DNA of 64,000 bases from assembly GCF_009914755.1 (NCBI RefSeq), contig NC_060930.1. One strand, written 5' to 3'. A program made the translations under genes and the position numbers. Origin of the DNA: the human T2T-CHM13v2.0 reference genome, Homo sapiens. A model generated the notes under the pieces. It was not told the DNA's origin. It made no database searches and saw only the letters and a program-made list of their open reading frames with translations. Shown here piece after piece: positions 1 through 14,384 of this stretch. Numbering within the stretch: position 1 is the stretch's first letter; every line of letters starts with the position of its first letter.

Positions 1-1132
<1,132 letters not shown>

Positions 1133-1270
1133 GAGATATCTGAACACCCATGCTCACTGCAGCAATATTCACAATGGCCAAGATCTGGAATTGACCTGTT
1201 TCCATTGACATATGGATGAATAAAAGAAATGTGTGCACATATATATACATACATACATATATCCTGGATA

Positions 1271-1277
<7 letters not shown>

Positions 1278-1317
<40 letters not shown>
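1278..1317. repeat. (AT)20 microsatellite at the centre of a 56-bp perfect palindrome (1270-1325)
   Basis: ATGTGTGC(AT)20GCACACAT read directly. Confidence 0.95.
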
Positions 1318-1324
<7 letters not shown>

Positions 1325-1340
1325 TTTCTTTTATTTATAT

Positions 1341-1811
1341 GGTGAAAGGAAAATAAATCTTGGGTCTCCAAAATTACTAAGCTAAAGGAAAAAGTCAAGC
1401 TGGGAACTGCTTAGGGTAAACCTGCCTCCTGTCCTATTCGAAGTCATCTCTCTGCTCACTGAGATAAATGCATACCTGATTGCCTCCTTTGGAAAAGCTA
1501 ATCAGAAACTCAAAAGAATGCAACCATTCACCCCTTATCTACCTATGACCTGGAAGCCACCTCCCCACTTCAAATCGCCCTGCCTTTGCTTCCAGTTGTC
1601 CCAGCTTTCTGGACCTAATGAAGGTTTATCTTACATATATTGATTGGTGTTTCATGTCTCCCCAAATTGTATGAAACCAGGTTGTACCTGAACCACCTTG
1701 GGCACCCTTTGTCAGGACCTCCTGAGGCTGTATCACAAGTACATACCCTTAACTTTGGCAAAATAAACTTCCTAAATTGACTAAGACCTGTCTCAGATAT
1801 ATTGCTTAGCA
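1341..1811 (+). mobile_element. ERV1 solo LTR, MER4A/MER4A1-like
   Basis: TGAAAGGAAAATAAATCTTGGG..AAGTCAAGCTGGGAACTGCTTAGGG..CTAATCAGAAACTCAAAAGAATGCAACC..GGCAAAATAAACTT..GACCTGTCTCAGATAT; possible 4-bp TSD ATAT (1337-1340 / 1812-1815). Confidence 0.8.
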
Positions 1812-2135
1812 ATATACATGCACATGCACACAACACATACACAAATTGGAATACTATTCAGCCTCCCAAAAAAGACATTCTGTCATTCGTGACTACATGG
1901 GTGAAAGAGGAGAACATTATGCTAATTAAATGAAGCTAGAAACAGAAAGACAGATACTGTATTATCTCACTTACATGTGGAATATAAAAATGTCAAACTC
2001 AAAGAAACAGATAGTAAAATGATGATTGGCAAAGGCCACGTGGGTAAGGGGGACAGTGAAATGTTGATTAAGGGGTACCAATTTCTCATTAGTTGAAATA
2101 AATGCTGTATGTGTATTGTACAGTAACAACAATGT

Positions 2136-2457
<322 letters not shown>

Positions 2458-3919
2458 AACAACAATGTATTGTATACTAAAAATTGGTAAGAGAGTGTAT
2501 GTTAACTATTCTCACCACAAAAAAGGGAATTTGAGGTGATGGATGTGTTAATTATCTTGATTCAATCATTTCAGAATGTATGCATATATCAAAACACTAA
2601 ATTGTACAACATAAATATAAACAGTTTTGGAAAATATACTTTAATAAAGCCCTAAAATGTTTTAAATATGTCTAACAAGGATGCATTTTTATATAGAGAA
2701 ATAAATGTAATGTCTTAAGAATGGTCAATAAATACCCAAAACAAATATAAAATAAGAGTAAATCCCAGAAAAATTCTCCAGATGTGAAGCAATTTTCTAT
2801 CTTTTTTTTCTTTTAACTTATTTTAAAATCTAAGACAGGTGTGTAAAAATCAGCATTGTTAATTTCTTGTCAAATGATTTCTGCCTCACACTGTTCTATA
2901 TTTTTCACAAGGTAAATTCAGTAACTCTAGCCAGGATGAATATAATGCTAGTAATTATTTCATATTTAAGCATGTCATTAAATGTAATTTATGGTTTTGT
3001 TATGTATATTTATTATCCCCAGTGACAGAAGTAAATGCAAAGGGACAGAGATGATAATCCCCATTAGCACAATGAAGATATACACAGGTGGGAAGACTTC
3101 TTCACAATGGCATTGTAAGAATTAAGTTACATTGTAAATAGAAAATGCTTTATAAATGAAACATACAAAATCACCAGCATCTTCTATTGAGTGCAGAAAA
3201 AATAACAGAATACTGCTTCCTAGAATCTGAAATTGTATTTAAAGAAAAAAAATAGAGGTAAGATCACAGAGGGAATGGGACGTTTAGAGTGCTTACTGAA
3301 ATTTTCCAACTGACTGATGTAAATATTTTCTATATAGTTTTGATAAACTGCTTAAAGTCTAGCCTTCAGTTTTGTTAATATAAAGAAACAAAGATGATAC
3401 TTGCTACCCAACTATGTCAAAGCTTTTAAGTTAAAAATCTATTGTGATTGATGTACTGTGTTGTTTGATTAATGAAAATGCTTTATGGACAAAATATGTA
3501 CACTAACTACACTTATATCTGAATGGGTTTAACTTCTAGAAGAAATTAACTATCTTGACTAGTAATATAATCTTAAATTTAATGTTTTCCTTATTGTCCA
3601 AATATTCATGAAATTAATTCATCCTGTGAGAATGAGTAGTGAGAATATAATACTTCACTATTTAAAGTATGTTATATTTCTTAATTAAATCCTCAGTGAT
3701 TTAATTATTATAATTGCTGTTACCTCATATTGACCACTCATTGTATGCCAATAATTAGTGTTCTCATACAGATCTAAGGAATTTATACATATATATATGA
3801 TTTAAACATTAATTTTCACAACTTATTAAGATATCATGATTATGATGTAGCTATATATTGAACAAATACTGAAAACAATTATTAGAGAGTCCAGGGAGTA
3901 GGTTTGGCCTTTTGGTAAT

Positions 3920-4730
3920 GGTGGAGTAATTTGGCTGTTTACCTCTTCTGCATATTACAATTATGTACTCTAAAACAAAGTATAAAAATACACTATCTGA
4001 TGGCACTAAAGTATAACCTAAAACTAGCAGAACCTGGCTAAGGGCCAACATCGGGAAGAAAGGAATGGCCCTAAGTGAGTTTCCTATTTTCTATCAATTT
4101 TTGCCTGAAGGAAGTCTCCAGTGAGCACCCATTACAAGCATCTAGAACTTGGATATAACTGACAAACTTAATGACTTTAGGAATTAGAGGACAGATATCA
4201 GGGGTATCCCAACAGCTGGAATGTGAGGAGTGGAATTTTGCAAAGAAAAAACTCCTAAGAGAGGTGATTCCACATTCTGAACATAAACTTTTCCCAACTC
4301 TGTGGCAGATCCCTGCTCTATGAATGAATTGGGCAAACTTCAAGCAGGCTAACAAATTATATTGAACTGAACAGTGATTTCAATGGGTGCACCTTACATA
4401 CAAGACAAAGTTTGGAGTTTGAGTTCAGCCAAGATAGCTGTCAGTTAAAACAAACAAAACCTTAATAGTCCTCAGAGAAAAATGACAAGCTCTAGAGTCT
4501 ATAAAATTATTACCCATAATATCTGATATATAATGTAAAATTTCTAAAAGACATATCAAAAAATTTTGAGACCATGATCCACATTCAGAGAAAGGAAATC
4601 AAGGAATGAACAAGACTAAAATACCGATATATTGGAATAGACAAACTTGTATCTATAAGAAATAGAATCTATGAAAAAGAATCCCCCAAAACGAAAAACT
4701 TAAACTCTGGAATAAATAATATAATATATG
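3920..4730 (+). mobile_element. Ancient L1M 5'/ORF1-region fragment
   Basis: TTTGGAGTTTGAGTTCAGCCAAG..AAAACAAACAAAAC..CAGAGAAAAATGACAAG..TAGAGTCTA resembles old L1M 5' sequence; A-rich strand bias. Confidence 0.5.
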
Positions 4731-4744
4731 AATTTTTTTTTACT

Positions 4745-4930
4745 GGAGATTCTAGAGAATTTCCTAGGTTCACACACTTACTAATTGCCATATCTAAGAT
4801 ACAAATTAGGTTTGTCTGATTCTAGAATTCTTGCACTTTAATGCAAATCCATGTTGTTTCCCAATAAAGTATATGTTATTATATTCTATTATTCATATGT
4901 GGAAACTGAGACTTGATAAATTAAACAATA
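4745..4930 (-). mobile_element. MIR fragments
   Basis: AATTTCCTAGGTTCACACACTTACTAATTGCCA..GTCTGATTCTAGA and ATGTGGAAACTGAGACTT resemble the antisense MIR core. Confidence 0.55.
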
Positions 4931-7600
4931 TGCTTGGTAATAAGGACAGAGGGTTCAATAAGATAGTAATGTTCTGTGAAGCTTATAATTTGGTAAGGGT
5001 AATCAATACTAAATAGATGCCTTCAATGATTATTTAATTACAATAATGGTAACTGCAATTGTAAAACACATCATTAAAAAGTTTGTAAAAAACGGTGACC
5101 TAACTTAGCTCAGAAAGCTTTGTACATGATACCTACTGCTTCTCAGTACGTAGTTAAATAGTATTTCTCCAAAATATGACACTCTTTAAGAACTCAGATG
5201 TAAGATTGTCCTGTTCAGTAAGTGGATATTTAATCTCACAGTTCTTAAGGAAATAATTTATCTTTGTTGCTGCAGTATACTCAATGGAACCATACCAGAT
5301 TACCTACATGTAAGACATAATAATATAAAAGAGGGCTATCTGTGGGAAATGGGACACTGTAAAAGATATTGTAATGACTTTGAAGTATATGATTACGAAA
5401 GTGGTAGTTTGGGTCATATTATTGCAAAAGAAAAATATCAGAGATTTAGACATCTACTATATTGATGATCTCCAGCGTGCACTTCACTGTGCAAAGCAGC
5501 CATAGACTGGTAAATTAGTCTCTGAAAAAGATAAACAGTGGACATTATACTGAAGGAATAAATATGTATTTTTATTTCTCTCTAATCCAACCACATTTTG
5601 TAGCATTTACATTGACTGTAAGATGTAGCACAGTCATTGATAAAATTGAATCCATTGATCTCTGACACTTCTATTCATGTAACTTTTCGTGTCATCCTAA
5701 TTTATTGTAATTAATATCAAAATCTTATTCTCTGCTTCTAATGTCCTAAGGAGCAATACTTTTCTACAAAACTGCAGAGAGACTCTTAAGTAAAAATGTC
5801 ATTGTCATTTGAACCTGTGTATTTATTGTATCAGAATACATAGCAATACTGAAACATTTTAGGAGATTTCAATTCACGAAACTGATCAATCACCTCGAAT
5901 GCAACCTCTCTCAGTTTATAACTTTTCACAATTTTCATTTGCTAGCCACTTCCTCCCTCACAACTTAACAAGATTTATACTGAGTAGTAGAAATGTCCAG
6001 GCATTTCTGTGTTCAAGGAAATAAACATCTCTCTTTCTCAATAAATATTCTATCATCAGTCATTTAAGCTGTATCTCATTGTTTTCTTTCTTCCAGGAAA
6101 TCCAAAAAAGCTTTCTACCCACTAAAGATTCTATACCACATAAAAATAAAAAATAACAGGAAATCTTAAATCATTTCAGCTACTATTGTCATCTTATTCT
6201 GTTTATATCCCCCTTCTGATTTTCTTCTAGAAGACATTACTTGTACTCCTCTACATTGCATGCCTGCACTAAGGCCTTTTTAACTTATGTAATCCTGTTT
6301 ACCCAAGTTATTTTCCAAAATTTTAGAGCTTTATCATAAACAGAAAACATTTATGAAAAATCCCTTTGTATTTCACCTGGTAGATCTAGATAGTTGCTTA
6401 TATTTTAAGAAAGATAATGTCAACTAACAAACATTTTATTAAATTGTGTAAATTTAATGGACACATGTCTACTATGTGTCAGGTACTGTTGATTTATAAA
6501 TATTGATACAATGAATCATATTTTTGCTATTAAATGTTGTCAATTCTAACAATATTTAAGAAACTTCATAGTATATATAGATTATAATTATTATAAGAAT
6601 GTCTTAAATGCAAAACTTTTGACACTGCTTCTTTCCTTTTGATACCTTGAGTTTTTCTTTTTAATAATTTTTTAAAGAGATGAAAGCAAAGGAGATAAGA
6701 GCTCTTGGTTCACAGTAGTTCTACAGAATTGTCAATTACTTCCAAGGATCAATGCTTGGCTTATTATACTGTTGAAAATAACGCAAGGCCTCTAGGTAAT
6801 GCCAAAACAGATCAAAAGTGCCAACATTGGTTTCACATTTTCTATTTCTAAAACAAGTGTGGTGAAAGTTTTGGACACCAGAAAAAAAATCTGTCAACTC
6901 CCTCACCAGCAGCTGTCACCTATAGTTAATCTTTTTATTTCTATTTGTGTATTCCCCCTCACACCACTCTATCTCCCACACACTATGTCACCATCTGCCA
7001 CCACATTTTCATGCATCCAATTGACCTCTCCAAACATGGTCCTGCCGTCATTTTCAGTAAGTCAGGCATCATTAAGTCAGTGACAGCAGTGTCCTTCGAA
7101 AATGAAACTAGGTATTTCATAATTGAAAGAACTTAATATTTTCTCACTTTGTCTAAACATGGAAATTTTTTTAAGTGAAGGTGCAATAACTATTGAGCTC
7201 ACAGCACGTTCTACCAAGTAAGAAAAATGTATCTAAATTTGAATGCTGTACATCTCCAGAAATAAAGGCAAATAACTTTTTTTTTTCCTTACAAGAACTC
7301 ATGCCAAATGGAAAACAATGCAAAAGATAAAGAACCAACTTGGAGACTAATGGTTAGTAATGTAGTCAGTGTGGTGAAGACGGCCAACATCTGAGCACAT
7401 CTGGGTTGACTCTCCTTACATGAAAAGTACACTTTGTTTCCAACCTGCTGTTAAATATCATATGACCAGTTCTGACCAGTTCATTGTAAGGACACATGCA
7501 TTATTCTGGGCTGATGTCTTTTGGAGTACTCAGGGTCTCAGGGTGAATTTGATTACCATAGCATAACCTAGCCTATCCTGATTAAAACCACAGGTCAGAA

Positions 7601-7760
7601 GGGGGAGGGAGGAGGGATAGCATTAGGAGATATACCTAATGTTAAATAACGAGTTAATGGGTGCAGCACACCAACATGGCACATGTGTACATATGTAACA
7701 AACCTGCATGTTGTGCACATGTACCCTAAAACTTAAAGTATAATAATACAAAAAAAGAAA
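7601..7760 (+). mobile_element. Short 5'-truncated L1PA (L1PA4/5-like) 3'UTR end
   Basis: GGAGGGATAGCATTAGGAGATATACCTAATGTTAAAT..GCACATGTACCCTAAAACTTAAAGTATAATAAT followed by an A-rich tail. Confidence 0.92.
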
Positions 7761-9990
7761 TAATAGAAGAGCTAATCTGTCTTGTCTATTGCCCTTTTTT
7801 CACACGTCCTCCATACTGAGGATTTTAATGATTGGCTTCAGTTTTTTAGTCATTCTGTAGATCCAGTTGTGTCTGGGTACTAGAAAAGCCCTAAACTTTT
7901 CTATTATGTCAATTTGTAAAAGATTTGACTGCCTTTACAGTTGGGCTAGTTGAAGATACATATTAAGGAAAACGTATGTAGTTTTCCTGCGGTCCTTTGC
8001 TGTCAGGCAGAGGATACCCACAATCATAAGTGAAGAACTTTCTCTGGAGGAGGCTCTAGAGACAGCAGCCACTGGCAGCACTGTCTGTTGTGACAAAAGG
8101 GGCTGAGGAAACAGAAGACCAATGTCAAGGGCTCAAGACCCACATTTCTTCCACATTTTGATCAGAGAATAAAATATAACCACAGATTGGAGAGAATGCT
8201 AGCAGAGACAGCACTGTTTTCTGAAGGCATTATTGAATGCTTCTCTTTTCTTAAAAAGGATGTACATAAAGTGGGTTTGGATGGGTTCCCAGATTGCACA
8301 TCTGCCTGTCTAAATTATACCTGAGAAGTAGCAACAAAACAGATGGAAGTCAGAAGGATTAGGGAACAGCTTTCTTTGGATTTTATGTGCCTATAATCAC
8401 AATGGCTTACACTCTTTACAACAAAGGGTCTTTAGGCTGGCAGACAGTCTTGTAAATATAGACTGCAACACCTGTGTGTCAAACAAGTAGATACAGGTGC
8501 AATCGTGAGTTTTTAGACAAGCAGGATACACTTTGCTGAGTTAGACACATGCACATCCTTGTAACTCTCACTGCTTCTTTCTTAAATCATTATAATGTAG
8601 AACATAATATGGCATACTTTATTGATGGTGTTAAAAACCAATTGCTCTTTGCTAGATTGGGGAGGGGTTTAGTCTGTCAGTTTCCATTCTATGTCTCCCC
8701 TATTTCTGCTTACTCTTTCCTCCTCGGCTTTCTGTGATTTCTCTCTTAATTATAATACACCATTAAATGGAAAGGAAATGTGGGAAGCAGTCTTAATGGT
8801 CAAAATGAATTTCCTCCTCTTTCTCTAAACCTTAAGTGGTTTGGTACGTTGAGCAGCTAAAAATTTTCAAAAATCTTAATATTACTGAAACTTTGCAAAT
8901 AAAATTGAAATAATTAACATAATGTCATTTTTTAAAAAATGATGGCTAGAATTGTAAATACTTGGTATTTAAGGGAAAAAATGTGAAGAAATAATACAGA
9001 GTGGTAAGTAGTATTTTTAATTGTTTTATTACCGCAATGAATCAACAGTTCAAGACTGAGCTAGACAGGGATAGTAAAAGGTAGACAATAAATTAACCTA
9101 CAATGTGAAATAATCTTCTACCTTTTAATTGGATCCTTGATCATTGTTTCACTTAATCATATACCGTGTTATTGATTAGCCTTAATAGATCTCATGCACA
9201 CAATTTGTTAGTTGAGATTATTTTTCCCCATCTATATGGCCAGTAACAATTTTCGCACAATATACTAGAAATGTAAAATACAATGGGATCTGACATGAAC
9301 AACTAAATAGTATTCTGATTAATTGTGACCATGAAATCTACCTTATAAACGGAGAATAGTGTTTCATGATTCTAAATTATGAAATAGTGTACAATAATCA
9401 TTTTACATTAAATCTAACACACATCTTAGTCACATAAGGTTTTACTTTGCTCTGACAAAACTTAAAAATCACATAGGCATTTTATATTGTTATTTTATAT
9501 AATACAGTAACATAAATTGCACTTTCTAATAGAAATATGCTTTAAAACAGAAAGCAAAATTAAATTGTCTATTAAATTATTAGATTTAGTTTAAAAACCA
9601 GGGTCCTTTAATCAGTATGGTTATAGATAACTGATTTGACTAAATTTCTGACACAGAAAAGCTTGCTTTACCATCATTTAAAGAGATTCTGTATGAACCA
9701 GACAGGTCATAGAAATTTTATTGCAGTTTACCACAGCTCCTTATATGTCAAGACTGTGAGGGGAAGGCATTAAAGTACCAATCTTATCACAATCACTTAT
9801 TACATATTTGTTAATTTCGAGTGGAGTAAATAAGACAAAGCCACAACAAATGTACTGACAAGTTTCTTAGAAATTCCTGTGCACAAAAGTCATGCATATG
9901 TACAGCAAGCATTTTCATGGGACTCACTAAAAATAGCTGAATTACATGCACCTAAACACATTCATATGCACCCAATGCGTGCGTGCGCAA

Positions 9991-10012
9991 ACACACACAC
10001 ACACACACACAC
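9991..10012. repeat. (AC)11 microsatellite
   Basis: Direct reading. Confidence 0.9.
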
Positions 10013-10030
10013 GTTGAACGATATCACTTT

Positions 10031-10223
10031 TTTTGTGGGAGGGCTGACGTATTGCTCTCTTGCCCAGAATGGAGTGCAGTGGGATGCTCATAGCTCACTG
10101 CAGCCTCCAACTCATATTCAGAGCTCACAGCAGCTTCAGACTCCTGAGCTAAAGTGATTATACCCTCTCAGCCTCCCAAAGCACTGGGATTATAGGAAGG
10201 AGTCTCTGCACCATGGCATGACT
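10031..10223 (-). mobile_element. Old Alu monomer (FLAM-like) with a small internal duplication
   Basis: TTGCCCAGAATGGAGTGCAGTGG..ATAGCTCACTGCAGCCTC..CTCAGCCTCCCAAAGCACTGGGATTATAGG; 11-bp TSD GATATCACTTT (10020-10030 / 10224-10234). Confidence 0.8.
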
Positions 10224-10341
10224 GATATCACTTTAAATATATATATATCCACAATCTTGGAAAGAGCCCAGTACACTTTTGGCCAAGATAGAAAAAGATA
10301 AAAATAATATCTAAAATAGCCAAAAAGCCAAAAAGCAATAG

Positions 10342-11548
10342 AATATATATATATAAATAAATATAATATATTATATATATTATATATTATATATATTATA
10401 TAATATATAATATTATATAATATAGATATAAAATATATTATATATAAAATATATAATATATATAAATATTATATATAATATATAGAATATATATTATATA
10501 TAATATATATAATATATAGAATATATATTATATATAATATATATAATATATAATATATATTATATATATAATATATATAAATTATATTATATATATAATA
10601 TATATAATATATATTCTATATATTATATATAAATTATATTATATATAAAAAATATATTATATATATAATATATATAAATTATATTATATATATAAAATAT
10701 ATATATAAAATATATATAAAATATATTATATATATAAAATATATATATAAAATATATATAAAATATATTATATATATAAAATATATATAAAATATATATA
10801 AAATATATTATATATATAAAATATATATAAAATATATATAAAATATATTATATATATAAAATATATATAAAATATATTATATATATAAAATATATATAAA
10901 ATATATTATATATATAAAATATATATAAAATATATATAAAATATATTATATATATAAAATATATATAAAATATATATAAAATATATTATATATATAATAT
11001 ATATAAAATATATATAAAATATATTATATATATAATATATATAAAATATATATAAAATATATTATATATATAATATATATAAAATATATATAAAATATAT
11101 TATATATATAATATATATAAAATATATATAAAATATATTATATATATAAAATATATATAAAATATATTATATATATAATATATATAAAATATATATAAAA
11201 TATATTATATATAATATATATAAAATATATATAAAATATATTATATATAATATATATAAAATATATATAAAATATATTATATATAAAATATATATAAAAT
11301 ATATTATATATACAATATATAAAATATATTATATATATATTATATATAAAATATATTATATATATAATATATATAAAATATATTATATATATAATATATA
11401 TAAAATATATTATATATATTATATATATAAAATATATTATATATATAAAATATATTATATATATAATATGTATAAAATATATTATATATATAATATATAT
11501 AATATATAAAATATATTATATATATAATATATATAATATATAATATAT

Positions 11549-11591
<43 letters not shown>

Positions 11592-11722
11592 TATACATAT
11601 AATATATATAATACATTATACATATAATATATATAATATAATATACATATAATATATTATATATATAATATTATATATATAATATTATATATATAATATA
11701 TATAATATATTATATATATATT
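10342..11722. repeat. ~1.38-kb complex (TA)-rich tandem array / AT island
   Basis: Almost only A/T, with about a dozen G/C bases. Recurring units TATATATAAAA and TATATTATATATATAA(AA) form ~38-40-bp higher-order blocks. Confidence 0.98.
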
Positions 11723-11923
11723 AGGAGTTTACACGACATTGAATTTCAGATAATGAAGGACATTAACCTCTGAGACACAGGAAACATGTTGAGCCTTCTA
11801 ATTACCCAAGCTTATTAACTTGGGAGAGTCTCCAGGTCATTGAGTAGGAGGAGAAACATAAATAGAGACTCACATAAAATATTAGGATTCCAGGTTAGGG
11901 TATCTGAGCAGTAGCACCATCTT

Positions 11924-12083
11924 TAAAACAGAAATCCCAGTCAAGTACACCTGTCCTGCCAACATCAGATAGATTAAATGAACCCAGCAAAACGCCATAT
12001 ATTTTGGCAATTTAGGGATTTCAGGATAACATTTAGTTACCCAGGCAGGCATGCATACAAAAATAAATAAGCAAATCCTACCA
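11924..12083 (+). repeat. Copy 1 of a ~160-bp dispersed direct repeat
   Basis: TAAAACAGAA.TCCCAGTCAAGTACACCTGTCCT.CCAACATCAGATAGATTAAA..AAATCCTACCA recurs at 13266-13426 with roughly 85% identity by eye. Confidence 0.93.
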
Positions 12084-12099
12084 CATGCATAAACAAATA

Positions 12100-12328
12100 C
12101 TACCCACTCTATGTCCAGTGTCCCACTAACCTCCACTCCACATTGCACAAGTGGGGCTTAGATAGCAGGGAGAACTAAAGCTCCTGCTATCTTCTGTGCC
12201 ATGAGTAATAAAGTCCTTTGTTTCTGATCCAGAAATCTTTCATCTTCTGCTAGCATGTAGAACAGTGTGGTGGCCAATTTGTTGGCTCAAAAGTAGGCTA
12301 AAATCTCAGAACCTGCACAATTCTTGTT
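12100..12328 (+). mobile_element. ERVL LTR 3' fragment (LTR40-like)
   Basis: ATGAGTAATAAAGTCCTTTGTTTCTGATCCAG..CTTCTGCTAGCAT..AAGTAGGCTAAAATCTCAGA..TTCTTG; homologous to 53590-53702. Confidence 0.65.
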
Positions 12329-12369
12329 AAAAAAAAAACACACACACAGAAATACGTTTTTTTACAAAA

Positions 12370-13245
12370 AGGCAGCATCACAATTGTAAGATAAAACACT
12401 AAAAGTACAATCAATAACAGGTCAAATTGATAAAATAAAATTAATCAACATCAAAAACTATTGCTCTTTAAAAACATTTAAAACTTGAAAAAAGCCATGT
12501 ATTAAGAGACAAATATGTTCAAATCATATATCTGATAAATGATTTGAGTCCAGAATATATAAATAATTCTTAAAACTCAATAATAGAAAAATAACCCAAT
12601 TTAAACAAAAACCAGTGAACTATTTAAACAGATACTTCACCAGTAGAGATATACAGATGGTAAATACATGAAAAAATGCTAAACATTATAAGTCCTTAGG
12701 AAAATAAAAATTAAGCTACAGTGAGATATAACTACATATCTACTAGAATGACAAAATACATACTATTGGCAAGGACGCAGAGGAACTGGACTCTCAAACA
12801 CTGCTAGTGAAAATCTAAATTGGTACAACCACTTTGGAAAACATACACCTACCATATGATCCAGCCATTCTGTTTCTAGTATTTACCGAAGAGAAATGAC
12901 AGCATATGCCCATACAGAGACTTGCACGTAGTAATTGTAACAGCTTTCTGCAATAGCCAGACTTGAAAAAATCCAGATTCCCATTAACAGGTGAAGAGAA
13001 AAACAAATTGTAGCATATCTATGTAATGGTTAAATAAAATAGAATGAAATACTGAAACAACAATAGAAAGCAATACATTATTTAGATTTGCCTATAGCAT
13101 GAATTAATCTCAATATAATTATGTTGCATGAAATATACCATTATCAAAATAATTAAAAGCATATACTGCATGATTCCACTTTAAACAAATTGTAGTGTAA
13201 ATAACAGAAAGTCGATTAACAGATAGTCTGAAGTGTCTAAAAAGT
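12370..13245 (+). mobile_element. Old L1M ORF2-end/3' fragment
   Basis: AAATCATATATCTGATAAATGA..TCCAGAATATATAAA..AAACTCAATAATA, TGGTACAACCACTTTGGAAAA and CTACCATATGATCCAGCCATTC match the degenerate L1 ORF2 3' end. Confidence 0.8.
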
Positions 13246-13265
13246 TTGTGAAGCCTTACTATTTG

Positions 13266-13426
13266 TAAAACAGAATTCCCAGTCAAGTACACCTGTCCTA
13301 CCAACATCAGATAGATTAAACGAACCCAGTAAAAGGTCATCATATTTTGGCAATTTAGAGATTTTAGGATAAAAGTCAGTTACCCAGGCAGGCACACATG
13401 CATAAATAAATAAGGAAATCCTACCA
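13266..13426 (+). repeat. Copy 2 of the ~160-bp dispersed direct repeat
   Basis: See 11924-12083. Confidence 0.93.
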
Positions 13427-14384
13427 GAGAAGACAAACCTAAAAACATAGAAGTCCCAGCCAGGTTTTTGGAATTCTTATTTTAAATAGGAATGTACAGT
13501 CATAGTTGACAAGACTTTGAGGAAAATATTAAAAAGAAAAAAGAACATAAAGCCAAAACAAAATGATTGTGGAATAATTAAAGAAATAAAGCCAGAAACA
13601 GAATTACATTTAGAAATTTCTGACTAGTATATGCAGAAAATGATGTAAAAAAGTGTTTTTGTCCATAAATAAGATTAAGGTAATTTAGTGAAGAAACACA
13701 AAGAAAACAAGATTAATCTCTTAAAAACCAATATGGAAATGCAAATAAAAATCAGTAACACAAAAGTATACAAAAACTTAAACAAGAAGAGCAAATAGTA
13801 TATGTTTAGAGCACGAACGCAGGGGATCCTACTTTCTAGTGAAAACGATCAAACTACGGAGAGGAGAATATTATTAAACGAATAATAAAGAAAATGTCTT
13901 CAGCGCTTAAGACTACAACCCTCCAGATTTATCAGTAAAGGAAAAACAAAACTAAAGTAAACTTGACATAGGTAAATATTATCCTGAAATACTACTACAG
14001 AGGTAAAAGGAAGATTGCTATATCTAATGCTTGATTCAAAATCCCTATATCAATTTATATTTTCATTTAGTCCTTAGATTATTTCTTTTGTGTATTTTTT
14101 AAACTGGATATTTAGATGTTAAAGTTTTTAGAAGATAGACTTATTGAAGTTTAATATCTATACCATAAAAATATCAATTTTCAGTATTTAATTTTCAAAT
14201 TTTATTAAATTTTGTTTATATTAAATAAAAACTATATAAAATGGGGAAGTATATCAATATTAGTGTAGGGGTAGTTATAATCAGGGTCACTGATTATTTC
14301 TTCTGCCAGGTCACATTTACTGTTGAGCCTCTGAGGTGATATTTTCATTTCATTTATTAAATTTTGAAAGTAAATGTTTTAAAA

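Noticed and set aside
10342-11722. AT array as a CRISPR-like or coding repeat
   Set aside because: No unique spacers, low complexity, eukaryotic context.
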